Shown: positions 1 through 9,685, counted from the first letter of the stretch. The stretch: DNA of 60,275 nucleotides from Anaerolineae bacterium (GCA_019912985.1 JAIOHN010000079.1:1-60275); one strand, 5' to 3'. Numbers and translations: made by a program. Notes: generated from the sequence alone by a model not told the origin.

Positions 1-1
1 C

Positions 2-595
2 TCGAAAGCCGCCATCGCGACGTTGCAGCACATGGGCCTCGAGGTGGTCATGATCACCGGTGATAACGAGCGTACCGCGAATGCCATTGCGCGCCAGGTC
101 GGCGTGGACCGTGTGCTGGCCGAGGTGCTGCCACAGGACAAGGCTTTCAACGTACAGAAGCTGCAGTTGGAAGGCAAGAAGGTGGCGATGGTCGGAGATG
201 GCATCAATGACGCCCCAGCATTAGCCCAGGCCGATGTGGGACTGGCGATTGGGACGGGCACCGATGTGGCGATTGAAGCCTCAGACATTACGCTGATTAA
301 GGGCAGTTTGACCGGCGTGGTCACTGCGATCCAGATCAGCCGGGCCACCATGCGTAATGTCTACCAGAATCTGGTCGGGGCGTTTATCTATAACTCCACC
401 GGTATCCCGATTGCGCTGGGTATTCTGTATCCCTTCTTCGGCATCCTGCTGTCGCCGCTGCTGGCCGGGCTGGCGATGGCGTTCAGCAGCGTGACCGTCA
501 TCAGCAACGCCAACCGGCTCAAACGCTGGAAACCCGCACAATCCCCTGCTGCAGTAACCAGGAACAGCAGTATTGTTCCGGTCTCGGCAGATTGA
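2..595 (+). CDS. heavy-metal-translocating P-type ATPase, C-terminal part (5' end outside the window)
   Basis: The frame is open from base 2 ([26 protein letters not shown]...). It has the P-type hinge motif [18 protein letters not shown] and two terminal TM helices. It is a clear paralogue of the ATPase at 58633-60275. Confidence 0.9.
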   Translation, partial: SKAAIATLQHMGLEVVMITGDNERTANAIARQVGVDRVLAEVLPQDKAFNVQKLQLEGKKVAMVGDGINDAPALAQADVGLAIGTGTDVAIEASDITLIKGSLTGVVTAIQISRATMRNVYQNLVGAFIYNSTGIPIALGILYPFFGILLSPLLAGLAMAFSSVTVISNANRLKRWKPAQSPAAVTRNSSIVPVSAD

Positions 596-661
596 ATAGG
601 CTAACAAGATGAACCACATATCTGTGATTGGGCAGGAAAGAACAGACAAAGGAGACATGAA

Positions 662-1297
662 ATGACCGCTGAACATCAGATATCAACACGGGAAGGTATT
701 CTCATCCAGGATCCGCCCATTGCGCAATTTCTGTTCACAGATACGCGCTTTGCCTGGTTCTGGCTGATTATCCGCGTGCTGCTGGGCTGGCAGTGGCTGG
801 ATTCCGGGTTAGGCAAGCTGCAGAATCCAGCCTGGATGCAGGGCGGCACTGCGCTCCAGGGATTTTGGGAGCGCGCTGTTCAAATCCCCGAAACTGGCCG
901 TCCACCCATCGCGTTCGATTGGTATCGCAGTTTCATCCAGGGCATGTTGGAGGCTGAAGCCTACAGCTGGTTTGGACCGTTGGTGGCAGTCGGCGAGACG
1001 TTGGTGGGCATCGCCTTGATTACCGGCCTATTTGTTGGCATTGCTGCCTTCTTGGGGGCATTCATGAACTGGAACTTTGTCATGGCTGGGTCAGCCAGCA
1101 GTAATGCACTGCTTGGACTGGCAGCCCTCGTCCTGGTTCTGGCATGGAAAACTGCCGGGTGGTACGGGGTTGATCGCTGGCTGCTGCCCAGATTGGGGAC
1201 TCCCTGGACAAAGCGCAAGAGTGGTCGAGTAATCGGCGAGCGACCCCTGCCATCAGTTGGTCCATCAACTGGGCACCAAGTGTCGAAACAATCGTAA
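662..1297 (+). CDS. DoxX/DoxD-like membrane protein
   Basis: AAAGGAG RBS 7 nt upstream of the ATG. Four predicted TM segments. The N-terminal IQDPPIAQFLFTDTRFAWFWL...GLGKLQNPAWMQGG resembles the DoxX family. Confidence 0.6.
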   Translation: MTAEHQISTREGILIQDPPIAQFLFTDTRFAWFWLIIRVLLGWQWLDSGLGKLQNPAWMQGGTALQGFWERAVQIPETGRPPIAFDWYRSFIQGMLEAEAYSWFGPLVAVGETLVGIALITGLFVGIAAFLGAFMNWNFVMAGSASSNALLGLAALVLVLAWKTAGWYGVDRWLLPRLGTPWTKRKSGRVIGERPLPSVGPSTGHQVSKQS

Positions 1298-1325
1298 GAC
1301 ACGTCATGCTGAAGGAGTAAGTACC

Positions 1326-1706
1326 ATGACCCCAGATCAAATTATCGTCACCATCATCGGACTAGCGGCCATCGCCTTCATCGTCTGGTTCTTCTGGCTG
1401 GTGAAGCGTCCCGGTGTCAAAGCGGCTATCAGCAGCAGCGGCTACCAGGAAGCGATGGTGCTGGTTAAGGGGGGCTATACTCCCGACATCATCGTTGTCG
1501 AGAAAGGCAAACCGGTGCGCCTCAACTTCCTGCGCACCGAGTCGGCAGCCTGCTCGGAGATGGTGCTGTTTCCAGACTTCAACAAGAGCGCGCATCTCCC
1601 CGAAGGCGAGACCGTCCCATTGGAGCTAATGCCTGCTCAACCGGGTGAATATGAGTTCCAATGCCAGATGGGGATGCTGCGCGGCAAGCTCATTGTCGAA
1701 GATTAG
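1326..1706 (+). CDS. cupredoxin-like domain protein (membrane anchored)
   Basis: GAAGGAG RBS before the internal ATG at 1326. N-terminal TM helix. VKGGYTPDIIVVEKGKPVRLNF...CSEMVLFPDF...EYEFQCQMGMLRGKLIVED matches the Cupredoxin_1 type often next to copA. Confidence 0.7.
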   Translation: MTPDQIIVTIIGLAAIAFIVWFFWLVKRPGVKAAISSSGYQEAMVLVKGGYTPDIIVVEKGKPVRLNFLRTESAACSEMVLFPDFNKSAHLPEGETVPLELMPAQPGEYEFQCQMGMLRGKLIVED

Positions 1707-1760
1707 CCGCAGAAGTGCCGCATGCGAGGTATACCAAATGGGAGAGAGGAACAAGCCACT

Positions 1761-4040
1761 ATGCAGTTGTGGCATCTCACCGCAGATGCGCCACGTCACC
1801 CTCATCGTGTAAGCCCCGGTGAGCGGGTCAGGCTGGTGATCGGCACCTGGCCCGTTGAACCGGGGCAAGCCATCTGGGTGAGCTATCGGGTTGAACGGGC
1901 CGATGGCGCCCAAACCGAGGCACAGGTGGCGGCTAGTTGGCAGCACAATGAGGGGATCAACAGCTACTGGGAAATCGAATTTGGCCCCTTTCATAAAAGT
2001 GATCGTGTGACGTACCTCGTGCAGGGTCAATCTACCCGTGGGGAAGTTGTCAGTCCGCAGACCTCTTTCCAGGTCGGCCCTAAACTCTACCTGGCGCTGC
2101 TGTGGCATCAGCATCAGCCCATGTACAAAAACACGGCAAACCCGGCCCAATCAGGCAGTTATGTGCATCCGTGGGTGCGGCTGCACGCCCTTCGCGATTA
2201 CTACTCAATGGCAGCACTCTCAGCCGAACATCCCGGTATCCACCTGACGATAAACCTCACCCCAGTCCTGCTCTGGCAGCTTGAGGATTACGTCGAGTAC
2301 GGCGCCACCGATCAGGCGCTTGAATTGAGCCTGAAACCCGCCGAGACGCTCATTGTTGAAGAACGCGAACAACTGCTTGCCAGCTTTTTCGATGCTGACT
2401 GGCATCACCAGATCTTTCCGCACCGGCGATATAAAGAACTGTTCATCCAGCGACGTGAGGGGCACCCGTTCACGGTCCAGGATCTGCGCGATTTGCAGAT
2501 GTGGTTCAATCTGGCCTGGTTCGGCAAAGAGTTCCGGGAGAGGGAGGTCAGGTTAGTGACTGGTGACACTGTTTCAGTGCGCCGCTTCGTCGAACAGGGG
2601 CAAGATTTCAGTACAAGTGACCTTAAGGCAATGGTGGTTGAGCAGTACAAAATCATGCGAGCGATCATCCCGATTCATCGTCACCTGCAAGCAAGTGGTC
2701 AGATCGAAGTTTCGACCACGCCGTTTTATCATCCCATTCTACCCCTGTTGATCGATACAGATCACGCCACCATCGACCGGCCTGGTGCGACCCACCCCGG
2801 TCGTTTCGCTCATCCCGAAGATGCCCACAACCAGGTGAAGCGTGCTGTGGAATACTACCAAAAGCGCTTTGGACAGCCTCCGAGCGGGATGTGGCCGGCG
2901 GAAGGCGCAGTCAGCCAGTCTGTGATACCGACTTTCGCCCAGCATGGCATCGGCTGGATCGCGACTGACCGGGGTGTGCTGGCGCGTTCCGGCCAGTGGG
3001 GCTACAACGCGGATGACCCGGATGTCCTGTGCCAGCCGTATCGCGCGGAAGAGAAGGGCAGTTCTGTGAGTGTGTTCTTCCGCGACACGCAGCTGTCGGA
3101 TGCGGTCGGCTTTCACTACCAGGGCTACAACGATGATGAGCGCGCCGCCAGGGATTTCCTTGAGGAGATCAAGGCGCGCTTTGTTCAGCGACTTTCCGGC
3201 GACGAAGATCGTGTCCTGACGGTTGTCCTGGATGGCGAAAATGCCTGGGGGGCTTATCGCGACGATGCGCGCCCGTTCCTGCACGCACTCTACCGACACC
3301 TCGAGGCGGATGCTGAAATTCAGACCGTCACGTTCAACGAATATTTGCAGGGCAATCCTGAGCGCGGCATTGCGCCACATCCGCTGGAGACACAGCGCAA
3401 AGTCTACGATCTGTTTACAGGTTCCTGGATTGACGAGAATGGCTCCGCGCCGGGCGTGGATCTTGGCACCTGGATCGGCGAAGACGAAGAAAATCGCGGC
3501 TGGGGACTGCTAGGCCAGGCGCGAGATTTTCTGGTGCGGTCAGGGGCGACGCCGACAGATGCCTCCGCTGTCTATGAATCACTGTACATGGCTGAGGGGA
3601 GCGACTGGTTCTGGTGGTTTGGTGCGGACCAGGATTCGGGCAACGACGACGAATTCGACGACCTCTTCCGCTTGCATCTGAAGAATATCTATCGCAGCCT
3701 GGGCGTGGAGCCGCCAGTTGAGCTGGATAGAAATATTGTGCCGCACGCCGTGATCTGGACGTTTGTCGGGCAGGTGGAACAGATTCAAGCAGGCGACCGC
3801 CTGACGATCCGGACGAACTGTCCGGGCACGCTCACGTGGCAGCGGGACGGGAGCGAAGAACTTACGTCTCCGCTGTCGCCGGCGGGCGGGGTCATGGCCG
3901 GTGTTCGCCGCTATCATCTCACGCTCGAACCCGCTCCGGCGCCATCCGCTGTGCGCTTCCGCTTTCACTGCACTCACCGCGACTGCGACGGCCAGGATAT
4001 CTGCTGTGAACCGCGAGATTATACCGTGCGAATCGTGTGA
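1761..4040 (+). CDS. glycoside hydrolase family 57 protein (alpha-glucan-active enzyme)
   Basis: GH57 hallmarks: LALLWHQHQPMY, HPWVRLHALRDYY, INLTPVLLWQLEDY, VVLDGENAWGAY, EGSDWFWWFG. The start is uncertain (1722 or 1761). Confidence 0.85.
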   Translation: MQLWHLTADAPRHPHRVSPGERVRLVIGTWPVEPGQAIWVSYRVERADGAQTEAQVAASWQHNEGINSYWEIEFGPFHKSDRVTYLVQGQSTRGEVVSPQTSFQVGPKLYLALLWHQHQPMYKNTANPAQSGSYVHPWVRLHALRDYYSMAALSAEHPGIHLTINLTPVLLWQLEDYVEYGATDQALELSLKPAETLIVEEREQLLASFFDADWHHQIFPHRRYKELFIQRREGHPFTVQDLRDLQMWFNLAWFGKEFREREVRLVTGDTVSVRRFVEQGQDFSTSDLKAMVVEQYKIMRAIIPIHRHLQASGQIEVSTTPFYHPILPLLIDTDHATIDRPGATHPGRFAHPEDAHNQVKRAVEYYQKRFGQPPSGMWPAEGAVSQSVIPTFAQHGIGWIATDRGVLARSGQWGYNADDPDVLCQPYRAEEKGSSVSVFFRDTQLSDAVGFHYQGYNDDERAARDFLEEIKARFVQRLSGDEDRVLTVVLDGENAWGAYRDDARPFLHALYRHLEADAEIQTVTFNEYLQGNPERGIAPHPLETQRKVYDLFTGSWIDENGSAPGVDLGTWIGEDEENRGWGLLGQARDFLVRSGATPTDASAVYESLYMAEGSDWFWWFGADQDSGNDDEFDDLFRLHLKNIYRSLGVEPPVELDRNIVPHAVIWTFVGQVEQIQAGDRLTIRTNCPGTLTWQRDGSEELTSPLSPAGGVMAGVRRYHLTLEPAPAPSAVRFRFHCTHRDCDGQDICCEPRDYTVRIV

Positions 4041-4053
4041 TGTTGTGCTTTAT

Positions 4054-4157
4054 ACGCCATTTTGCCTATAGGAAGCCGCGCGTTTCGGCGCTCATCATAT
4101 GCCGGACCGGGTACTATGCTGTAACTGATTGACATTCGAGTTAGCTCTAGGAAATCA
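4054..4157 (+). repeat. left copy of a ~90-100-nt imperfect direct repeat (partner 6391-6476)
   Basis: Shared blocks by eye: CGCCATT-TGCCTATAG, CGCG, GCGCTCA-CATAT-CC-GAC, GTACT, TTAGCT, AAATC. Both copies lie directly upstream of a start codon. Confidence 0.6.
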
Positions 4158-4159
4158 GG

Positions 4160-5116
4160 ATGAAGTTGACCAGAGAATTCGCAATCCTCCTCGAAGGAGG
4201 CAAAGCAATCGTGGCATTCAAGAAATTCGCCAGGCTGTCTCCCGAACAGAGAGCGACGAGCAAGATTCCATCCGAACTGCCCCGAAAATTGGAGAGTCTC
4301 GGCCCCACGTTCATCAAACTGGGGCAGATTCTCAGTACGAGACCGGACATGCTCCCCAGAGAGTACATACAATCACTGGCGGTCCTGCAGGAGAACGTGC
4401 CGCCGTTCTCTTTCGAGGAAGTCCGAACCATTTTCTCGCAGGAGTTCGGGAAGGATGTATCGGAATTGTATCGCTCATTCGATGAAGTTCCTGCGGCGGC
4501 AGCCTCCCTCGCTCAGGTCCATTTCGCAGTTCTGCCGGACGGAGAGGAAGTCGCGGTGAAGGTGCAGCGTCCGGATGTGCGCAAGAGGATCACCGATGAT
4601 CTTGATGCCCTGGATTCTCTGCTGAGATTTGCAGCGCGGATCGCGCCCGGCATGATGAAACGATCCAACCTGAGAGCGGCTTTTGACGAGTTCAAGCGCT
4701 ACACACTCCAGGAGTTGGACTTCGTAATGGAAGCGGGGACCATGGGGAAATTCACTGCAAACTTCGAGGGATGGAAGGACGTGGTCATTCCGAAGGTTTT
4801 CTGGGCGCACACGTCACCCAGAATTCTTACGATGCAGCGCGTCTCTGGAATGCGCCTAGGAGAAGCTGTGAAAGTTCTCCCGACAGACCAGAGGGAGAAG
4901 ATCGTGAAGAGATTGATGGAGATAGAGATGAAGATGTTCATCTCGGACGGCTTCTTCCATGCCGACCTCCATCCGGGCAACATCTTGTTCCGTAATGATG
5001 GGAGCATAGTTCTTCTCGACTTTGGCATGTTCGGCGAACTTTCAGACGAAGAGATTGACCATTTCACGCTGTACTGGCTTGCAGTGGTTCAGCAACAGGT
5101 GAAGCGCGCCTTTTAA
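4160..5116 (+). CDS. ABC1/UbiB-family atypical kinase, N-terminal part ending at an in-frame TAA
   Basis: LGPTFIKLGQILSTRPDMLPREYI, AAASLAQVH, VAVKVQRP, HADLHPGNILF and LLDFGMFG motifs. The domain is cut by TAA at 5114-5116, and the next ORF is in the same frame. Confidence 0.75.
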   Translation: MKLTREFAILLEGGKAIVAFKKFARLSPEQRATSKIPSELPRKLESLGPTFIKLGQILSTRPDMLPREYIQSLAVLQENVPPFSFEEVRTIFSQEFGKDVSELYRSFDEVPAAAASLAQVHFAVLPDGEEVAVKVQRPDVRKRITDDLDALDSLLRFAARIAPGMMKRSNLRAAFDEFKRYTLQELDFVMEAGTMGKFTANFEGWKDVVIPKVFWAHTSPRILTMQRVSGMRLGEAVKVLPTDQREKIVKRLMEIEMKMFISDGFFHADLHPGNILFRNDGSIVLLDFGMFGELSDEEIDHFTLYWLAVVQQQVKRAF

Positions 5117-5128
5117 CACTTTACTCAG

Positions 5129-6298
5129 ATGACAACACGTCTTCCGCATGCTGGTGAAAATGCCTTCTTTGAGAAGTTCAGGTCGCTGGCGCAGAGATTC
5201 TACGCATCTAAGCTCTCCGAAATGACCATAACCCAGGTCTACTTCGAGATGATTTCCGCTGGATTCAAGTACGGCTTCGTCTTTCCGAGTCACCTGATGC
5301 TTCACGCCAAGGCCATCACGACCGCCGAGGCGCTTGCCTTCACGCTGGCGCCCGAAATCAAAGCTGAGCAGCTGACCAAGGAAGCGGTGAGGAAGGAGTT
5401 CGCAAAACGCGCCAGCGACTTGCGGAGACTCGCTTTCAGAATCGGTCAGGTTGTCCCGGAACTGCTCTTAACCGGCGAAGTCCTGCCCAACTGGGCGAGG
5501 GATACCTATGAGTCAAGCGCCAATTCGGAATTCGCTGTACTGGCGCTCTCTGACTTTATGTCCGTAATCGCACGCAGTGAAGTTGTAAACGACCCGTCGG
5601 CACTGCCGAGGATGCTTCTCAGCCCGTATGCAAGGGAAGTTCTTGCGGAGTACCACGATGAAATCGGCGTGGAGGTGATTCTGGACGAGACCTGGAAACG
5701 ATACAAGGAAATCGAGCCAGACATCCCCATTCTCTCGCAGCTAGGCCCGACAATGAATCTCCGCCTGGCCGGGGCGACCCTGGCCATGTACGAAGCCATC
5801 TTATCGGCAGGGCACAGCAGCGATGAGGCCCTGTCGATGTTCAAGAGCATTTCATGGCGGGTGTATGACAAAATGGGAGACCTACCGATGATGGTTGCCC
5901 GTGCGCTCACCAGCGATCCGCATGGCAGAATGAAGCTGGCCACTCAAATATTCAGGAAGTTCCCATTCAGTTCCCCCGACTACCAGATGGTCGATGTTCC
6001 CTCAGAAAAGAACGTGGTTGGCTTCGACGTTCTAAAGTGTCCTGTGGCGGAGTTCTTCAAAAGCCATGGCAAGGAAGACCTGTGCTATGCAACTTGGTGC
6101 AAGCTTGACTTCCCCCTGGCCGAGAAGTGGGGAGGAAACCTCGAACGGACGACGACCATAGCACAAGGCGATGATCGCTGTAACTTCAGATGGAAAACTC
6201 CTCCACAAGGAAACGCCCTCGGCGAGTCTGATGAGGTGAACGAGACTCACATGAGCATGGGACAGGATGGCGCCCGACTATCGCGTCGACTGAGTTGA
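5129..6298 (+). CDS. continuation of the ABC1 kinase C-terminal region fused to an ATC-hydrolase-like domain
   Basis: Same frame as 4160-5116 (offset 969 nt). The N-terminus continues the UbiB-family tail (MLHAKAITTAEALAFTLAPE). The C-terminus CPVAEFFKSHGKEDLCYATWCKLDFPLAEKWGGNLERTTTIAQGDDRCNFRW resembles the L-2-amino-thiazoline-4-carboxylate hydrolase domain. Confidence 0.65.
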   Translation: MTTRLPHAGENAFFEKFRSLAQRFYASKLSEMTITQVYFEMISAGFKYGFVFPSHLMLHAKAITTAEALAFTLAPEIKAEQLTKEAVRKEFAKRASDLRRLAFRIGQVVPELLLTGEVLPNWARDTYESSANSEFAVLALSDFMSVIARSEVVNDPSALPRMLLSPYAREVLAEYHDEIGVEVILDETWKRYKEIEPDIPILSQLGPTMNLRLAGATLAMYEAILSAGHSSDEALSMFKSISWRVYDKMGDLPMMVARALTSDPHGRMKLATQIFRKFPFSSPDYQMVDVPSEKNVVGFDVLKCPVAEFFKSHGKEDLCYATWCKLDFPLAEKWGGNLERTTTIAQGDDRCNFRWKTPPQGNALGESDEVNETHMSMGQDGARLSRRLS

Positions 6299-6390
6299 AT
6301 GGGCCATGATGTCATGCGTTTCTGGGCAATCGCTGGATCGAGCGCCGATTGTTTACAGTGGTCTGTTTTCACTCACGCAGCAGCCGCTAT

Positions 6391-6476
6391 GCGCCATTCT
6401 GCCTATAGATACCTACGCGACTCAGCGCTCACCATATACCAGACAATGGAGTACTCTGGAATTAGCTGAAAATCCC
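6391..6476 (+). repeat. right copy of the imperfect direct repeat (partner 4054-4157)
   Basis: See 4054-4157. It lies in the leader of the CBM48 gene. Confidence 0.6.
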
Positions 6477-6496
6477 GCAAGCAAGGACAGGAGGCA

Positions 6497-6790
6497 GTGA
6501 TGGTGACCAAAAAGAAAATGAAAAGCAAGACGCGGGTGACATTCAAGATGCCTGATGTCGAGGGCTGTGACTGCCTTTATGTCGTCGGGGACTTCAACGA
6601 CTGGGACGAAGCCGCTCACCCAATGGCGCAAGCCAAAGACGGCAGCTGGTCGCTGAGTGTCGACCTTGAGGCAGGACAGTCCTATGAATACCGCTACCGC
6701 ACGGATGATGGACGCTGGCTCAACGACCCGGATGCGGATGGCTCGGCGCCGAATGCCTTTGGCGCCGACAATTCTGTCGTACAGACCTGA
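6497..6790 (+). CDS. stand-alone CBM48 / AMPK-type glycogen-binding (early set) domain protein
   Basis: GGAGG RBS. VTFKMPDVEGCDCLYVVGDFNDWDEAAHPM...DGSWSLSVDLEAGQSYEYRYRTDDGRWLNDPDA is typical of CBM48. Confidence 0.75.
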   Translation: MMVTKKKMKSKTRVTFKMPDVEGCDCLYVVGDFNDWDEAAHPMAQAKDGSWSLSVDLEAGQSYEYRYRTDDGRWLNDPDADGSAPNAFGADNSVVQT

Positions 6791-6832
6791 CTGATGTGAT
6801 TTCCGCTCGTAAGAAAGCAGGAGGTAATTGTC

Positions 6833-7144
6833 ATGAAGACGTTGCAATTCTGGCCCATCGCCTGGACCCTGGCGGTCTTTACCGCCGTGATCTTCAGCCT
6901 CGATATGCTGCTCGGTGTTCTGTTTCCCAACTGGTGGGTGATGCAGCATTTCTGGGAGCTGATCCTCCCTGGCTTTACGTTTGTGAGCTGGGGAACCTTC
7001 TTCCTGGGCCTGGTGGAGAGTTTCCTGGCCGGGTTCCTGACCGCTGTGCTGTTCGTACCCCTCTACAACATATTTGCCGGCAGCATGAGGCGTGAGACCG
7101 CCGTAATGGTGCGCAGCCAGGAACAGAGGAAGCAGCAAGGCTAG
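6833..7144 (+). CDS. small three-TM membrane protein, DUF5676-like
   Basis: AGGAGG RBS. Hydrophobic pattern and the C-terminal GFLTAVLFVPLYN resemble DUF5676 proteins seen in metal-resistance contexts (recalled from memory). Confidence 0.5.
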   Translation: MKTLQFWPIAWTLAVFTAVIFSLDMLLGVLFPNWWVMQHFWELILPGFTFVSWGTFFLGLVESFLAGFLTAVLFVPLYNIFAGSMRRETAVMVRSQEQRKQQG

Positions 7145-7346
7145 GCGGAGCAGCGGCTGTCGGCCTCGACGGCTTGCGCTTTATGCGGGGCATCGGAATC
7201 ACTGAGCCGGGATCGTTGCAGAAGCGAGCTGGTACCGGTAACAAACTACACACCCCCGTTCCGATGCCCCGTTCGTCATTTTGGTTTCCGCTGCTGCAGC
7301 CGCTCGATAATATGTGCAATGGATAAGTGATGGGTTGTAAGAGCAA

Positions 7347-7772
7347 ATGAACAATATCAACCAGGGAATTGATGTGATACCCACTTTAGCGTTAAGTCCT
7401 GTTTTACTTAAAGAAACGGAACCCAGGCCGCGCCCGATGCTGTCTGCAGGACAGCCCAAGTTCTCTCCCGGTCAAACAAAGACTGAAGCGCCAGACTGCC
7501 GACACTGGTGCCCTCAATCTCAGGCAATTGCGCCCGCCGACGTCCTGTTAGGCCACCTGCGCAGCGGGTGGCAGTTAAGCAATCGGGTGCTGGTGGAAGT
7601 CCACTGGTTTGGCAGGGATCGGCGTACCGAGCTCTTCTACTTCACGCTGACCGCCGGCAGCCATCGTGTTTGTATGCCGGTTCTGTCCAACCCGGTGGTA
7701 TTACGGCTGGTCGAAGCGCATGGCCTGGAGGCGGTTCGCGTGCAGACCACACCAGAAGATAAACCAGTGTAG
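7347..7772 (+). CDS. hypothetical protein
   Basis: ORF only. The C-terminal half looks protein-like, the N-terminal half is low complexity, and the start is uncertain. Confidence 0.3.
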   Translation: MNNINQGIDVIPTLALSPVLLKETEPRPRPMLSAGQPKFSPGQTKTEAPDCRHWCPQSQAIAPADVLLGHLRSGWQLSNRVLVEVHWFGRDRRTELFYFTLTAGSHRVCMPVLSNPVVLRLVEAHGLEAVRVQTTPEDKPV

Positions 7773-7863
7773 TCGCAAAGCCATCAATCTGGGAAGTAGG
7801 CGGGCAGGTTGGCTGCTCGTAAAAGACGTGTGGGGTCTGGTCATCGACTTGAAAGGAGTCACA

Positions 7864-8931
7864 ATGGCAGCGCAACCTGAAGGACAATCCAATACCGGCT
7901 TTTGGCGTGTGCTGGATGAACGCCTGGGACTGTCAGGGCTGGCCTATCCGGTCCCGGAACATGCGAATACGTTACCGTACTTCCTGGGCGGCATTACCCT
8001 CGCCGGTTTCGTGATCCTGGTGGCAACCGGGGTGCTGCTGGCGCAGTTTTACCATCCGCATCCCGCCAACGCCCACGACAGCGTGATTTATATTGTTACC
8101 GAAGCTCCCTTCGGCGATTTCATCCGCAGCCTGCATTTCTGGGCGGCCAACCTCGTCGTGATCACCGCCGTACTCCACTTAATACGGGTCTTTGTCAGCG
8201 GCAGCTTCAAACGTCCGCGCGAAGTGAACTGGCTGGTTGGGTTGAGCCTGCTGGGCCTCACCCTGGGCTTCGTCTTTACCGGCACGGTGTTGAAATGGGA
8301 TCAGGAGAGTGTCGAGGCGCTGGCGCATAACCGCGAAATTGGTGAGCTTCTCGGCTCATTCGGGACGTGGTTCACCAATGAATTCACGCGCAGTGTGCCG
8401 CTGCTCACACGACTCTACCTGGGCCACGTCAGCCTGTTACCCGTGCTGCTGATTCTGCTCGTTCTGTTCCACCTGTACCTGATCAAATTGCACGGCATCT
8501 CGCCGAAGGCGACGGTGGATGCGACCTCCGGGCCGCCGACAGCCGAAAAAGGCAGTTCTCGCTTCATCACACATTTACGACGGCTGATCGGGTATGGCTT
8601 TCTCCTGCTGTCCGTGGACGGCGCGCTGGCGCTCCTGCTGCCCGCGCCCCTGGGCCAGGCAGGTGTGCCTGGCGCCGAGGTGACGAAGCCGCCCTGGATG
8701 TTCCTGCCCCTTTATCCGCTGGAAGATGTATTGGGTATTCGCGGCTTGCTGCTAGGCAGTATTGTATTGTTCGGGCTGTTGGCGCTCGTGCCCTTCGTGG
8801 ATCGCAGCCGCTGGTTATCCCCGCGCAGGCGGCGTTGGATCATCATCGCTGGGGGCATTCTCTTAGTCCTGTTGATTATTTTAGCGGTATTCGCCTGGCT
8901 GAGCCGCCCGGCGGCGCATCTGATGGAGTAA
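7864..8931 (+). CDS. cytochrome b (bc-complex type, N- and C-terminal domains in one polypeptide)
   Basis: GAAAGGAG RBS before the ATG at 7864. YPVPEHANTLPYFLGGITLAGFVILVATGVLLAQFY, SLHFWAANLVVITAVLHLIRVF and KWDQESVEA are typical of cytochrome b/b6. Confidence 0.8.
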   Translation: MAAQPEGQSNTGFWRVLDERLGLSGLAYPVPEHANTLPYFLGGITLAGFVILVATGVLLAQFYHPHPANAHDSVIYIVTEAPFGDFIRSLHFWAANLVVITAVLHLIRVFVSGSFKRPREVNWLVGLSLLGLTLGFVFTGTVLKWDQESVEALAHNREIGELLGSFGTWFTNEFTRSVPLLTRLYLGHVSLLPVLLILLVLFHLYLIKLHGISPKATVDATSGPPTAEKGSSRFITHLRRLIGYGFLLLSVDGALALLLPAPLGQAGVPGAEVTKPPWMFLPLYPLEDVLGIRGLLLGSIVLFGLLALVPFVDRSRWLSPRRRRWIIIAGGILLVLLIILAVFAWLSRPAAHLME

Positions 8932-8937
8932 GCCGAC

Positions 8938-9171
8938 ATGAGACGAGTATCAACGACCTTTCTGATTTTGCTGCTCGCGGCCACCCTCGCGCTGGGGATC
9001 GCCTGGCGGCAGGTCGAAGGGCTACCGGTTGGCAGCGGGAACAGCGTCCTGCTCGTCGTGAGCGGAGGCGTGCTGCTGCTGACGCTGCTTGGCCTGGGGC
9101 GCATCCTGTATGTCACGACGAGAACCCAAACTGCACGCTCTGAATCGAAACAGGAGGCAGGACATGGATAA
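8938..9171 (+). CDS. small two-TM membrane protein
   Basis: Starts 7 nt after cytochrome b. Two hydrophobic helices. No recognisable family. Confidence 0.45.
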   Translation: MRRVSTTFLILLLAATLALGIAWRQVEGLPVGSGNSVLLVVSGGVLLLTLLGLGRILYVTTRTQTARSESKQEAGHG

Positions 9172-9685
9172 ACGGATCACGGTAATCCTCATCCTATTGT
9201 TTCTTGGCTTTGGTGGGAATGTACTCCCCGGGCTGGCGCATGGGGAAGCTGCCCTCACCGTGTCGCCGCCAGTCGCGGCGGCTGGCGAGACCATCACAGC
9301 CAGTCTCGACGGAGTCGAGAGCGGTGAAACCTTCACGGTTAAGCTGATTGGTCTAAACATCGAGGAGACACTCGGAACGATGCTGGTGGCTGATGGCGAA
9401 GACGCCGTCGACCAGGACTTTGCCTTGCCCGCTGATCTACCGCCAGATGTCTATCAAGTCGAGGCGATCACTGAGGAGGGCGAAACGCTCGTGGCGGAAC
9501 TGACGGTCGAGGCCAGTTCCATTGATAGCGGCTCCACGACAGCCGCTGTGCCTTCAGCAGAACCGATGCAGCTCGACCGCAGCAAGCCCCCGGCGGAACT
9601 GGCGGTCATCGGGGGTGGTATTGTCATCAGCATTGGACTTGGCCTGTGGTTGGTATTGGCCGGTGGAAGGAGACCGACACCATGA
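9164..9685 (+). CDS. secreted protein with C-terminal TM anchor and basic tail
   Basis: CAGGAGG RBS. Signal peptide ILILLFLGFGGNVLPGLAHG. C-terminal ...PPAELAVIGGGIVISIGLGLWLVLAGGRRPTP. Confidence 0.55.
   Translation: MDKRITVILILLFLGFGGNVLPGLAHGEAALTVSPPVAAAGETITASLDGVESGETFTVKLIGLNIEETLGTMLVADGEDAVDQDFALPADLPPDVYQVEAITEEGETLVAELTVEASSIDSGSTTAAVPSAEPMQLDRSKPPAELAVIGGGIVISIGLGLWLVLAGGRRPTP

Noticed and set aside
4066-4077. CGCCATTTTGCC (and CGCCATTCTGCC at 6392-6403) as members of the palindrome regulon
   Set aside because: The right arm is degenerate and no TAnnnT hexamer lies at the 24-nt offset in either orientation. I treat them as part of the direct repeat instead.
5114-5116. In-frame stop as programmed recoding (selenocysteine or pyrrolysine)
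   Set aside because: The codon is TAA. Sec uses UGA and Pyl uses UAG, and no SECIS-like element was evident.
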